This document shows, in pieces, positions 12,593-25,600 of a stretch of 64,000 nucleotides of DNA. The position numbers and the translations under genes were made by a program. Each line of letters opens with the position of its first letter. The stretch's first letter is position 1. Where the stretch lies: assembly GCF_004010195.1 (NCBI RefSeq), contig NC_057723.1, positions 38,328,241 to 38,392,240 of the forward strand, written 5' to 3'. The stretch comes from Chiloscyllium plagiosum (lineage: Eukaryota). The notes below the pieces were generated by a model. The model was not told the DNA's origin and made no database searches. It saw nothing but the letters and a program-made list of their open reading frames with translations.

Positions 12593-12914
12593 TTAGATTA
12601 GATTAGATTAGATTACTTACAGTGTGGAAACAGGCCCTTCGGCCCAACAAGTCCACACTGCCCCGCCGAAGCGCAACCCACCCATACCCCTACATGTACC
12701 CCTTATCGAACACTACGGGAAATTTAGCATGGCCAATTCACCTGACCTGCACATCTTTGGACTGTGGGAGGAAACCGGAGCACCCGGAGGAAACCCATGC
12801 AGACACTGGGAGAACGTGCAAACTCCACACAGTCAGTCGCCTGAGGCGGGAATTGAACCCGGGTCTCTGGCGCTGCGAGGCAGCAGTGCTAACCACTGTG
12901 CCACCGTGCCGCCC
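12593..12914 (-). mobile_element. Full-length HE1/V-SINE-type tRNA-derived SINE (young)
   Basis: Minus strand GGGCGGCACGG-TGGCACAGTGG (A box)...GGTTCAATTCC (B box), V-domain GGAGTTTGCACGTTCTCCC, and (TCTAA)n tail. Confidence 0.92.
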
Positions 12915-13355
12915 CATAAGGACACCCAGACCCCTTTGAAAGCCAACATTCATTACCAAGTTTCATTATTTCAAAAAAGTCTGCCTTTGTAATATTACTA
13001 TGAGAAAATTTGGATGCATTATGTTCAGTCCCCCATCGGGATACCTTTAAACAACCTGTATAGATATATTATTACATCTCTCGAGTAGGCAGGACTTCAA
13101 TCCAAACCTCCTGGCTCAATTGTAGGGGATACTATCATTGCACCACAAGAGCCCTCCAGTCCCCTCATCTAAATCACTAAGATATAGATTTTAAGTAGCT
13201 AAGACTCAAGCACTGATCCCTGCAGTGCTATGAATTACTGATTCCTAATCCAAAAAAAAGACACTCACTCATGCTGGTTAACTACTCTACTATTCATTCT
13301 AACTTCTTAGCTCTAGCTCTGTGCACAAACTTTACTATGACAGCTTACTGAATTG

Positions 13356-13400
13356 TAAACCTATACACTATAAACCTATAGACTATAAACCTATACACTA
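13356..13400. repeat. 15-bp tandem repeat x3 (taaacctatacacta)
   Basis: Three adjacent units with one substitution. Confidence 0.85.
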
Positions 13401-13736
13401 TACGCACTGCTTCCCCTTACCCACTGTACGAGTTACTTCCCCGAACAAAAAAAAGTCTTGTCAAGCAATATTGCCCTACAAGAAATTCACACAGCATATA
13501 ACATGAATAGGCAGAGTCCAAGTGTTTGATATCAAACCCTGAACAGTCTACAGTACTTCCCCAATGCCACCAGGCTAATTAGCCACAAATCACAAAACAT
13601 GAAGACAAATCATTTAAATTGTTATATCACAAGCTTCAACCGTTTATCTTGAACTGTATAAATTTATTAAAATGTTCCGTAATTTGTTATTTGACAACCC
13701 ATTTCCTGCTCAATTACACGCTTTTAGAATATTTAC

Positions 13737-13885
13737 CTGTGCGTCAATTTCAACTGAAGGATAGAGAGGCAGCATTGATGAAGGAGAAACAACTGGACTG
13801 GGAGTTTGAGTCCGAGGCTGAGGAGTAGGGGGTGTTGTAGTGTGGGAAGAAGCATTCGGTCCAGAAGGCATTCTACTACTCACTG
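13737..13885 (-). CDS. ANKHD1: ANKHD1 exon ~16 (149 nt): (A)VSSRMPSGPNASSHTTTPPTPQPRTQTPSPVVSPSSMLPLYPSVEIDAQ
   Basis: ttttgcag|CAG tandem acceptor, CAG|gtaaat donor; ends in YPSVEIDAQ like the MASK linker. Confidence 0.93.
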
Positions 13886-16800
13886 CTGCAAAACAAAATC
13901 AGTTGTCATTTCCTCAAAATGAGAAAGAACTCGAGTTTGTTCGGTTGGTACAAGCCTCCATATAGATCAAGCATATTTTACAAAGGGAGATTATGTAACA
14001 GTACCACTTGCAATATTCTGGAAATGTAACCTAGATGAAAATAAATTAAATAAAACTCAAATATCATTTTGTTTAAGATGTAATAAAGACAAATTTAACA
14101 TCGCCAACAGTACCTCAAAGCTGTTCCATTATTATGCCAATATTTTACAGAGATATTATGTCATGCCTAAATAAGAAAGTGAAATATTTGGCAAAGAAAA
14201 TTGAAAAATGCTCACTTAAGTAGTTAATAATTTTGAACTGCAGTCCAAGTCGTTTCAAAGATGCCAACCTGTTAGCTTTGGCCCTCAAAAAACCCCACTG
14301 AGTTTATCAAATGAAAAACTGTTTCAAGATTCAAATTATGAAAATAAAAATGTTGACCATATAAACAGAACATACAAAACAGAATGATATTCTACGAGTG
14401 AAGATTTAAGTTGTAGAATTGTTCAGTTCCAGATTCTTTCTTTGCTTTAATGAGGTTTCAATTAGTCTGGATAAGCAAAATTAAATTAAAACAAAAAATT
14501 AACTACTTCAAAGATTGGAAGGCTAAAGGGTCTTGAATATTTCATAGAAATTTTAATCAGGTACTAGAAGCAATTTAAGTGATTTTTGGTGGTTTAATGT
14601 GGAGTAATCCCAAACAAATTCATATTAGGCAATTTATCTAATTATCCATCCCTGTCAAATGCCGATATGTAGCTAAGTCACTGTTAGTTAAACATAGTTT
14701 TAACAAGGCTCTACAAGAATTTTCAGTAAATTGGTTCCATGAAACTCCTATCTCCTTCAAATGAACTTAATTTCTTCTTGACTGAGTAAGAGCAATTAGT
14801 GGCCAACTCCAAATGTTCGAGGAAATAGAATGAAAACTAGATAAAATCTGATAGAATGGGAGTCTCTACTCCACATAAGGGAAGGGTGTTGAATATTTAA
14901 GGTTGTGACAGAGTCCAGGTTTGCTATGTAATTCTACTTCAATTTCACTTCAGTTTGCATTTCAAATTCCGATGACATCAGAGTAAAGGACTCTTTCACT
15001 TCATGATTGAATAAACTCGATCTTAGAAAAAAACATGCTCACAAATCTGGATGAGTGGAAGGACAAAAAAGTGCTCAGAGAGTGCTTAATTCAGCCTGTT
15101 AATCAAACTTTACTCATGGAGGGTGATCTACAGGATGGTGAGCTTTATATATTGTAGGTTTCCAGTTTAGTTTTATTTACACTATTTTGCAACAATATAT
15201 TTGCTTTTATAATTACAGCAATGAAAAATTTCCCAAGGAAGTTCTTCCATGCAAAGGTTTTTTTCTCAGGTGGAAATATTGTTTGGATGAAATAGTTTAT
15301 CTCAATTCCCCCACCTATGTAGGTGGAAATAGTCCAACTAAAGTATTTGGCCAGGAGTAACCCAATGAGAAACAATTGCTGACATTTCCAGTTGCTATCC
15401 TGGTGTCATGCATTATTCCTGAAGGTCATGTGGTAAGCCAATGCAAAACTCTTGAAACCATTTCTACAATTATGCAAAGGTTAAGTGCAAAACTATTGTG
15501 ACTCAATCATTATTTGTATAGAAACAGACCTCCGACAAATCATTCAACAAATTTAGCTGTACAATTTACAAATTGAAAAAATGGGATCCCAATGATTCAG
15601 TAGACTGACGAACAATTTCGTGGAGTATAAAGACCAAAATGGCACTAATTTTCACTGTAGTCTTTACAAAGTTCAGATACATACTTGCTGGAAGCACTAC
15701 AACTATACCTTAATGCTACAACATATTGGGGCAGGGCAATAGATAATAAACAGCTTAACTTCAAGTAAAGCTAAAACAACTCTATCATTCCTATTTTTGA
15801 TCATTATCTGGCAATAAAATATACATTATAGATAGTGGATTCAGGATTTTGTTGCTGCCTGTGGTCAAACATCATGCCAATATTCATCACCAGACAAGAA
15901 GAATGGTCACTTAAGGCATCAAGATTTCAGCAACTTGGAGCAATATTGCCCCAGGAAAATATGTTTCCAGAAACAATAAGCCTGGACTTGTTTTTTTTTG
16001 GGAGGGGAGAAGCATTTAAATTATGGGAATGAACTTGATTTTTTCCTTTTATTTCCCTAATTTTCTCCCCTTAATTTTTAAGGCAGTCACACAAAATCAT
16101 ATATGGGTAGTTCCAATTCAGCTCAGTTAATAATACACTTGATGCAAGGTAATGGGTTTATATACTCCAGGATTTAAGCAGATAATCTAGGTACCAAGTC
16201 ACCCAGACACTAAAGAGCTACAGGAATTGGAAATGCAACCTTTTAAATTAGATGCTAAACTTACCCAACTTCCTGTCCACATAGGAAACAGCATTACTTG
16301 CTTGCAAAATTGCCTTTAAACTAAAAGCAACTGCCATTTCACTTTTATTTATGGTAGGAGAGTTTTTTTAATCTGTAAATTGGCTGCTGTGTTTGAATTA
16401 GTGTATTAACATGTAGAAAATGCCCATCAAGGCTCTCCTCCCAAAAGTGTTCCACATTTTGAAGTCCTTAGCTTCAACAGGACATTGCCAAGTCTTTTTG
16501 TCATCTTATCCAGAATAACATGCTCCATCAAGACTAGTTGATCATGCAGAGCTTTACAGGTGAGTCCCAACTTATCTAATTCTACATGGTCAAGTGTGCA
16601 TTTCCACAACAAAGGTACCAAGAGCTAAGAATTAGTATTCTGGTTGATTCATGCCTCATTATGCAAATTATTCACAGTTGCTAACCTCAGCAAATTTAGC
16701 ATAAAGCAAGAGGTTTTTTTTAGGATACAAACTTGCCCAGCCAGCTATGAGGAAGGTGAAATGAAAAAACATATAACAAAGTTCCTGGACTTCAAGAGGT

Positions 16801-16929
16801 CTCCAATAAAGGACTACGTAAGAGACACTTGTACAAATTAAGCCACTGAATAGATTACAAGCTATGAGCGAGCTGAAGTGCAGTTATAAAAGGGAGCTAG
16901 ATCACAAGATTGAGTAGGGAAATACAGTA

Positions 16930-17600
16930 CACCACAGCTGGTAGCAGGATCCCTCACGTTTCCTGTACTGGTGACTAATTACAACAGTAGTTAAACATGC
17001 AGATGACACCAAGCAATGGAGATGTTAGAAAGAATTCAACGCCACAGAGAATCGAGACCAGAGAAGCTCAATAGAGACAAGTGCAAGGTAACGTATAACT
17101 GAAGTGAAGATGGGGCAGAATATATTATTAGAGGTGGTCAAGGAGTTGAAAGAGATGTAGAGATGATTGTTAATTCAACACTTGTTCAAGTAATGCCAAC
17201 ACTAATAATGCAGATTGACAGTGGGATAATGCTGCTGTATCAGGTGAATTCAAATCTCCAGAAATTCAAGCTGAAATCGTATAATTCTCCCATTTATCCT
17301 ACACATGTGCTCATTGTCATACAAGGCTAGTAATGCATAACCCTTGGAGAATGTGTAATGTGTCGAGGTTGATTCCAATCAATGACGGTGGAGGGGAAAA
17401 TACTATAAGAAATGGCTTCCTAAACTAAGCTTCCTTGGCCAAAAAAAATCTTGTAAATGAAGTAAATGAAAATTTCAATGCTGGCCCTGCTGGCCTGGTG
17501 CAAACATCTTCACACTAGGTGATTAACAAGTGGTCACAAAAGTGGTCAAAAAACCAAGATTTATTTATTAAAAAAAGATGGTGCAATTGGAAATGATTGA
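16930..17600 (+). mobile_element. Highly decayed CR1/L2-type LINE RT fragment
   Basis: aaacatgcagatgacaccaag encodes a K(H/Y)ADDTK-like motif. Boundaries approximate. Confidence 0.5.
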
Positions 17601-18100
17601 GCTGGGCATTCACAAACCCAGGACAAAGTACTGTTACAATAAAGGCTCCAAAAACATTTTGCAGTGCTTTTCAGAATTAAATGCTTCAAATCTCACATAT
17701 GTACATGTTCTTCTGTCGTGTTCTCAGCAGAAGTAGTATGTGAAAATATTTGTTTTAACAGTTGCTGCTGATAGCAGATTTATGTGTAAAGTGCATATTA
17801 CTACAAACTGAAAAAATCTTAAATCATTTTTTTCCCCAAAAAGTCTGATAGCAAGAATCTCATTAATAAAAGATTAGACACGTGAAGCTTAAAAGTTAAA
17901 AAGAAAGCTCATTTGCAAGTTAAAAGAACTACATTACCTTCTTAGCTTTCCATGAAAGATCGTAAACATTAGATATAAATGTTGAAAGCACACTTTTTGA
18001 AGCTTAGTTACTGTTAGAAAATGCTACACAACAGCCAATTTACACAAATTCTCCTACAAACAACAACTACAGATTGTTTTGGCGTCATTGGAGATAAATG

Positions 18101-18259
18101 CAAAGGAACCTCAATTATCCGGTTTTACATTATCTGAATATCCAATTATCTGTTAAGATTGCAAGGTTCCGATGCTTGGTTAAACTAGGTTATCCGGCAT
18201 TCGATTAACCAGACAAAATACTCCCTGCCTGTGCCCTTTGGATAATCTAAGCTCCTTTG
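18101..18259. mobile_element. Tc1/mariner (Tigger-like) MITE, ~159 bp
   Basis: Imperfect TIRs caaaggaacctcaattatcc / ggataatctaagctcctttg, flanked by tg and ta; internal attatcc/attatct repeats. Confidence 0.7.
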
Positions 18260-21200
18260 TATTGACCAGGACAGAAAAAAATAGCAACTGAACAAAAAAA
18301 CTTAATACTCCAGCTAGGTGACAGGAGGATGGTGTTCAAGTTGGGACCCACAGGCCCTAGGCCTTCTGGAACTGCAGGGTTAGAAACTGATTTAGAGTCT
18401 GTTTGCCTGGTCCATTTCAAACATCATTTCAGTAGCATTCTATTTCTGTCAGAGTGCACTAAAATTATTTAAGATCATTTCTTTTGGAGGATGGATATTA
18501 CCTTTTCTGATTTAGGAGAGTATATGACCCAAGATGCATTTATATTGTTGCAAAGTTACCACCTTGCACAACAAAAAGGCTGTTGATCTAAAAGGGTCGC
18601 CACTCAAATGCTGCATATTAAAACAGTTAAGTTTTATTTTTGTTCTTTTGCATCAGACCCTTGTCCTTCCCATTTTGGATGTCATCTACCAGTTCATTTA
18701 CTTTAAATATTATGAATTTTCAGTCAAGTGACCATTCTTCACACACAAGACCAAACAGATTACACAAATGACATAGGGATAATCACACCTGGACATCGTG
18801 TTCTCAGATAATACTCAAACATTCATTTTCTAGCAAAACACACAACAGGAACCAAGTGGCAGAATACTGGCAAATTTAATTTTAGTTTCCAGGCAAAACA
18901 CTGCTGCAAAAACAACAGTTCATTTTAGAAGAACGTGCAATTTGAAAGATTCAGACAGACAAAAAAAAGGGGTGTTAAAATGCATCACAAAGATTTGAAA
19001 ACCATAAGTAATAGTTCAGCATAGCACCAGGTTCTTATAATATTTGCACAATTGGGCCCCAGTTTTACTCCTTGAATAGTAATGATATAGGCAAATACAA
19101 GAACAGCAGAGTTATTAAAATCTTAACTTTAAACCTTTAGAATGGGACCAGCTGAAGACTGATAGGTGGAAAAGCTCTTTTGACAGTTCACATTAATAAC
19201 CCTGAGTGAAATTAACCTGACTCGATTCTGCTCAAACTGAGTCAGCATGAAGCACAACATAAAACTATACCTAAATTAGCAATCTCATTTCAAAATGTGA
19301 GAATGAGTAGCACTGGAAGTATCACACTGGCCAAGTACTGAGTGCTCTTCCAATGTCAAGGCTAAGGAACAGAACTATTCGAGAATGGAGAGAGGCCTGG
19401 CAGAAACTTTTCAATGCAAACTGCTGATTTCTATGAGGAGATAAATTCAGCTAAGTAATCAGAACAATTAAAAAGAAAAACACATTTGTACAGCATTCTA
19501 CCTTAACACAAGGCAGAGTCCTTAAGGCAACTTTTCATTGCTGGTTTCAACTCTGTTAGCTATATGAGGTAATCAAGAGGACAAATACTTTCAAGTGAGA
19601 ATCCCTCCACCTACAGGGGCAAGAAGTTAATTGTTAAAATTCAACTGCTATTCATTCCAAGATTTGTATACAGCATAATTCAGTTTTAAGTCAAAAAATT
19701 TGAATATTTAAAAACTGATAACCCACTAAGTGACAACATCAAAGTCCAAATTAATGGATTCACAATGTATTTAGCACACAAAACAAATTACTTAAAATTA
19801 CAACAGAAAAAAGCCAAAGTCAAAGTGTTGCTCTCAAGGTGTCAGGTTGTTTTAAGATTTAATTATGAAAGGGATTTTACTTGCAGCAGATTTCCAATAT
19901 AATACTAAGGTCTCATAACACCACCACTAGATGCCACTATTGCAGTAAACCACTGCAGCAACAGCGTACTTTTAAAATGCAAACATCTACCAACATCTAG
20001 TTAACAGCTAAGAAATTCAATAAGATCAAATCTCAATTATACACTCTAAGAAGCGAAAATCCAACTGAATATGAAAAACAAATCAGTTATGAAAACTATA
20101 CTAGTTTTTCAAAAATGTCAATTGATCATATTTGAAATTGCAAGTCAAATTTTACACCTCAGGCTAATTTAAATAGTTCTCTAAATATCAAATAAAATCA
20201 AGCAGAGAACCACAATTTTGAAATTGCAAAATAAAGTGCACCACTGTGACTACCCATTTCCTTTACATTTGTTTAACCACTTCAAATTAACAAAATACTT
20301 GAAAGATGGGATCTATACTTGTAATTAATATCACCTTTAACTTGTTTTATTTCAATCCTCTTGTTGGTGCAAAATTTCATAAATAAGATTTATCATGATA
20401 AATACAAACCATCACTAAGACCATACGCTAACCTTTGACATCTCCAATAAATAAATTCAACACCTTAAATACTGCAAGTATTCACCACAGTCAACAAAAT
20501 AGCTGTATTATCATTTTCAAAAAAGATATTCTATCAGATGACAAATTTAAATTCCCAAGAAAAGTCTAAGATGAGGCTGATTCAAGATTAAACATTTAAA
20601 GTGATGCCCATTTTAGAAAAGTAAACCGTTTTCTATCATACACAGAGATACTTGTGAAGTTGAGTTTAAATCACTTTGGTTCATATTCTAAAGGATAAAG
20701 TATTTTGATTGGAGAATGGCAACATGTTACAAAAACCTTTGAAGCACAGCTGGAATGTGAAATAGAAAGGTCAGTACTAGTTTCTTAATGTCTATCATTT
20801 TTGATTTTGAACTCTTACTGGAAGCACTGCAATTATGCTAAACTGCTGTCTAATGGCAGTGTCCACACAATGCAAAAGAACTTCACTGTTCACTTTTAGT
20901 AAAGGAAAGGACAACTATTTGTAACAGCTACTTCATGTAAATGTAAACAAGACTGGTAGGCTGAAATTGTTTGGAAGTTATTACTTTTATTATCTATTAT
21001 TGGTATTTTTTGTACTGTGGCAATCAGATTGCAAGTGGAGCAAAGCCATAGGTATAAAATAATCATTTGGAAGTGGTGCTTAACTATAGGTGGATCTGGA
21101 CTTCTGATTTTTCACATCAAAGTGGTACTGTCCTTGCAGTGATAAAACCAAGATAAAACTATCCAAGTTATTTGTTTTAGCTTGATGTGATTTAAACTAC

Positions 21201-21887
21201 TGTATGACAAAGGTCAATAACATTTGACAGACGAGTTATTAATCATTTGCAAAAAAGATTAAGGGCAGAACAAATATCAAAATTGAGATTCTGACCCATG
21301 CATCAACATATCTGATTGACAAAACAGGCCAACTTTGAGCAATAAAAGTTCTGATTATGTCTTAAAGCTAATGTATAATGTTTGAACTTAATTTCAAATG
21401 TGTTTATCCCTTATCTGCAAGCCCATTTTATTTTTCATTTAAAGAGATGAAGCATTAATAAAATTACAAGGAAATATTACATGAAGCTTATGAAAACTGG
21501 AAATCTGAAGTTAAAAAATCTGCTAAAAATGCACAGCCATGTAAACAAGCATCTGACAGAAAAATAAGCCAACTGGAGAAGATTAACCTTCATTAGGGCT
21601 ATTCAATTGTGAACAAGAATCACTCAAAACATGAATCTTACTTTCTCTTTCAGATGATTATTTCCTCTGCACTTTCAGCATATATAGTTCAAATATCAAG
21701 AACTAATTTGAAAGGTATTAGTTAGTTGGTTTGTGCAGCCTTACTATTACAGTAGTTTCATTAAAGCATTAGTGTGCTGTTAAACTATAGTTGTGTATCA
21801 ATGGATCTAACAAAAAGTCCATTTGTACCTAAAAGCTAGTAGGTATGAGCAAAGGTAAAAGGTAAAGTTGACCAATTCTGAACCCAC

Positions 21888-22628
21888 CTGCCATGATGTC
21901 ATCAAGAGTGTCAGTTAGCGTCTGCGCTGGAGTTGCAACCATTAATCCATCAGGTGCTTGAGCTAAGAGTCCCTGTCCAAGTCCAGCAAGTTGTGCCTGT
22001 CCTAACAAAGGCTGGTTCACAATTACTCGCTGTAGATCAGGTACATTAGTGATAGGATAAACAGAACTAGTAAAGTTTGGAGACACTTGAGTTGCTAAAG
22101 GTTGGATAGGAACAAACCCCATTTGGGTTGCAGGTGGCTGCTGCTGGCCATCTCTGTGCAAGATGGTGTCCACCTGAGGCAACTTTGAAAAGTCTTCCTC
22201 CGGCAGACAGTCACCAGTCCCCACCTGAGGGAACAGTCCTCCATGTGGACATTGCTGCTGTTGTTGCTGGAGCTGAAGTGTCTGCTGTTGACCCTTGGCT
22301 TCCAAGTACTCTTTGGTAAACTGCTGCTGAGTTTTCAGCTGCAATTCCCTTTCAACTTTTTGCAGCTCTTTCAAAATCTTTTTCTTCTTCTGGACTTGCT
22401 CTTCTCTGCTTTTTTTAAGTTCTTCTATCTTGTCTTTGGTTAAAGTGTCTCCCTGAATCAACTCTAGTGACTTCAATTGTGCCTTCTCAATTGCGTTAAT
22501 TCTTTGTCCCAGCTCTGTCAGCTTGCCTTCCGTCTCTTCCACAATGCATTCTAAAGGCTGGTATTCGTGGAAGGGCTGGACATCCTGTTCCGCTACCTGC
22601 AGGGGACTGGACTTCTGCTTGGATGTAC
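21888..22628 (-). CDS. ANKHD1: ANKHD1 exon ~15 (741 nt, symmetric phase 1-1): coiled-coil/Q-rich linker (G)TSKQKSS...TLTDTLDDIMA(A)
   Basis: Lies within ORF 21829..22638; cttag|GT acceptor, CAG|gtggg donor. Confidence 0.95.
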
Positions 22629-25600
22629 CTAAGCACACGAAAAATGTTTGAAAAAAATGCCATGCAAAAATTACTTACCCATGTGAAACCAGTGTAAACT
22701 TTTCACCACTTTGAGGCTTTTATTCAGTCTAGCACTGAACATAAACTATTCTATATTTGCTTTGTTCAATCTAAAGTATTTGCATTCCAGATATCAGTTT
22801 TGCAAGGTATCTGAAATTATTTGCCATGATTTTTGTCTCAGTGCAAGAGGAAAAGGAAAAACATTACACAAAACAGTCTCCCATCATGATATTTCTAGAA
22901 AATATTTTTAGTGGGAAAATGCAAAAATAGTAAGATGACTGCAATATTAAGACTTTTAAAAAAATGTAGTATTATTAATATCATTTTAAATGATTATTCA
23001 TTCTGATGTTTGAATGCTACACCTATATAAACTTAGAATTTCCAGTAATAACAGTTAACAGAATCAAACTAATCTTGGCTCATAGGAAAAAGTAAAAAGC
23101 TGCCAAAAATGGCATTAGTAGGAAATCAAATTTTCTGAAGCACATTTACAATATTCACACTTGGGACCATTTCTGTCCAATACGAGATAACCAATGCAAC
23201 TAAAAGTTGTTACCTGAAGAAACCTGTGCCAATGACAAACTTGAAATTTCCCAATTTCCATTTAATTTTGATCTATGAGTTGGTAAATCAAATTAGCCAC
23301 TGGATAAATTAAAATTATCCATCAAAATAAGATTTATATTATATAATGATCTGGAAAAAATATTCTTGCTTTTCTAGATTTCTTTAAAAGACTTCTACAA
23401 TAGAAATCAAATATATTTTGGATATTATCAATTCTCCATATGTTGATGCCACATGGAAAGAGAAGATAGTGATGTACAAATATGTAAATATTTGTGTCAC
23501 TGAATTAAATCACATTATACTATTTCAAGACAAGTAAATTTCCTTTGGGATGTTCCATAGTTTCATGCAATCATCTCTGTGCTAATATCAAACAAAGTAG
23601 TGTGTCAAGCATAACCTCTATTGTTTTTTGTAAAAAAAAAAAGTGGGTGATCTTAGCTGGAGGAGCAGGAACATTATCCACTATCTCAGGACTTGGGCTG
23701 GGGAAGGGGGTGGGGTGGAGTGGGGGGGGGGAAATACAGATGTAGTAGCTGTCCTCATCAGTGACCCTGGTTATCAAGTAAACATTAGACTTGGATAGGA
23801 TGAAGCTCATCTTTGATCACAAGGGAAAAGAGCACATTGATATTCCTACCTTCATCTTTATCCTAACTCACATCTGATTTTGTGCCTACATTAGTTTCCA
23901 ACCCAAGATTCTTCCATGGCCTCACTAATTTTTTTCTCAGCAACCTATTCAGGCCAACAATCTTCTAATTCCAGCCTCTTGGATTGTCTTGATTTTAGTT
24001 ACTCCACTATTGGCAACCATTCCTTCAGATCTCTTCACTCTCAGCTCAAATTCCTTCCCCATCTCTGCCTCTCCAATCTTTAAGGCATTTGTTAAAACAT
24101 TGCTTTAAAGCTTTAGATCAACTGTCCTAATATTTTCTTTTGTGGCTGTCAAATTTTTGTTTCACAATGCTCCTGTGAAGCAGCTTGGGAAATTTAACTA
24201 CACTAAGGTACAACTGAAATGCAAGATGTCTTTTATGCTCACAAAAATTGTTACTTGGGAAAAAAAACAGCACAGTAAACCTGAACCCATGAAACTACCA
24301 TCCAAAAAGTATCATCCTCTTCCATAAAAAGCACAAAATTGATTAAATATGGTAGAAACAATTTTCAGATGAGAAACTTTAGTCAATAATGAAGGCTAAA
24401 AATATATTCAGCTTTTATCTCTGGAAAGTATCCATGCATATACTGTATAATTTTTTTTTTAAAAAGTGAAATAAGCCTGGCAAATGAGTCCACTAGTACT
24501 ATGCAGGTATACCTTACATGACAGCAATCTCAAAAAAGCCAAATAGTACAGAAGGCAACTGAGAAAAAAAAATTATTGAAGCTTCAGTTTTCTGCTTGCA
24601 TTAAATTTAAAATTAATACAAATGTAGGCATGTTAGAAATTTAAAACAATCCATTAACTTATTGAACTAGGATGTTCAAGCAGAAAGGAACCCTCAAACT
24701 TTTAAACCCAATTAGGAATTATTCTATGAAGTTTCATTTTTTGTTAATACAAAAAAAAGAGAACTGACAAAACTCAGTTGCCTGAAAAACAAAAGCTGTT
24801 TTAAAATATTTGCTTAGAGACAAAGACACTAACTGTCTGTTTATACGGGTTTAAGACTTAATGCCATCATCGGATGGCCTGACCCAAAGTGAACAAATTT
24901 CTAACTTTTTATTTTTAATCAAACATGGAAATGTTCCGGCTGATAAAAACATCAGTGTAAACTTTTAAGACAGACACAAAGGTCATGTAAAAGCATTTGA
25001 CAGATCTTTTGTTTGAGTGTGCAAACAATAATGCATCATTTGCCACTACATTACATAAAAATGAGATGACATTTTTATGCAATATTCACACAAAAAGATT
25101 GGCACAGTTTCATGCAGACGACACCCCTCAAATTTGACACAGAATGAATCAAAACTTCAAGATGAGCAGATTTCAATCATGTAGCAAAGCTGGTTTCCAC
25201 ATTTAAACTATGTTAATGTTCCAGGAATTCTACATTTTACAATGAAAATTGGATTTTTGAAACAATTTTTTGTAACTACAATACTCAACATATTAAACGA
25301 TCCATAAGTTGTCCACTGTAATGACTTAATATTTTCACTAACAGTTGTACCAATACAAATTCCCAATCAACATTTTCCCCCAGTATTAACTAGTTTTACA
25401 TAAATGCAGTTAAAGAACGGGACATGGCTATAGAAATAATATTTGAGAAGTGTTAATTAATTGGTTTGAAAGCTAAAACATTGCTTGGAGTGTCAATCAT
25501 ACAATGTTTACTGTAAAGGAAGTAATAGTACAAGATGTAAAAAAAAAGTCTTATAAACACAAAATGACATTAAAAAGTAAGTGGCCAACTAACTCATTAT

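Noticed and set aside
12840-12914. Possible tRNA gene
   Set aside because: The A/B boxes belong to the head of a multi-copy HE1 SINE and continue into the V-domain and LINE tail; there is no full cloverleaf.
21829-22638. 269-aa ORF as a stand-alone gene
   Set aside because: It is ANKHD1 exon 15 read into flanking intron, and is bounded by splice sites in phase with its neighbours.
23694-23732. G-quadruplex-forming G runs
   Set aside because: Antisense to the gene, in decayed repeat-like sequence, with similar runs elsewhere (28682, 54294); no evidence of function.
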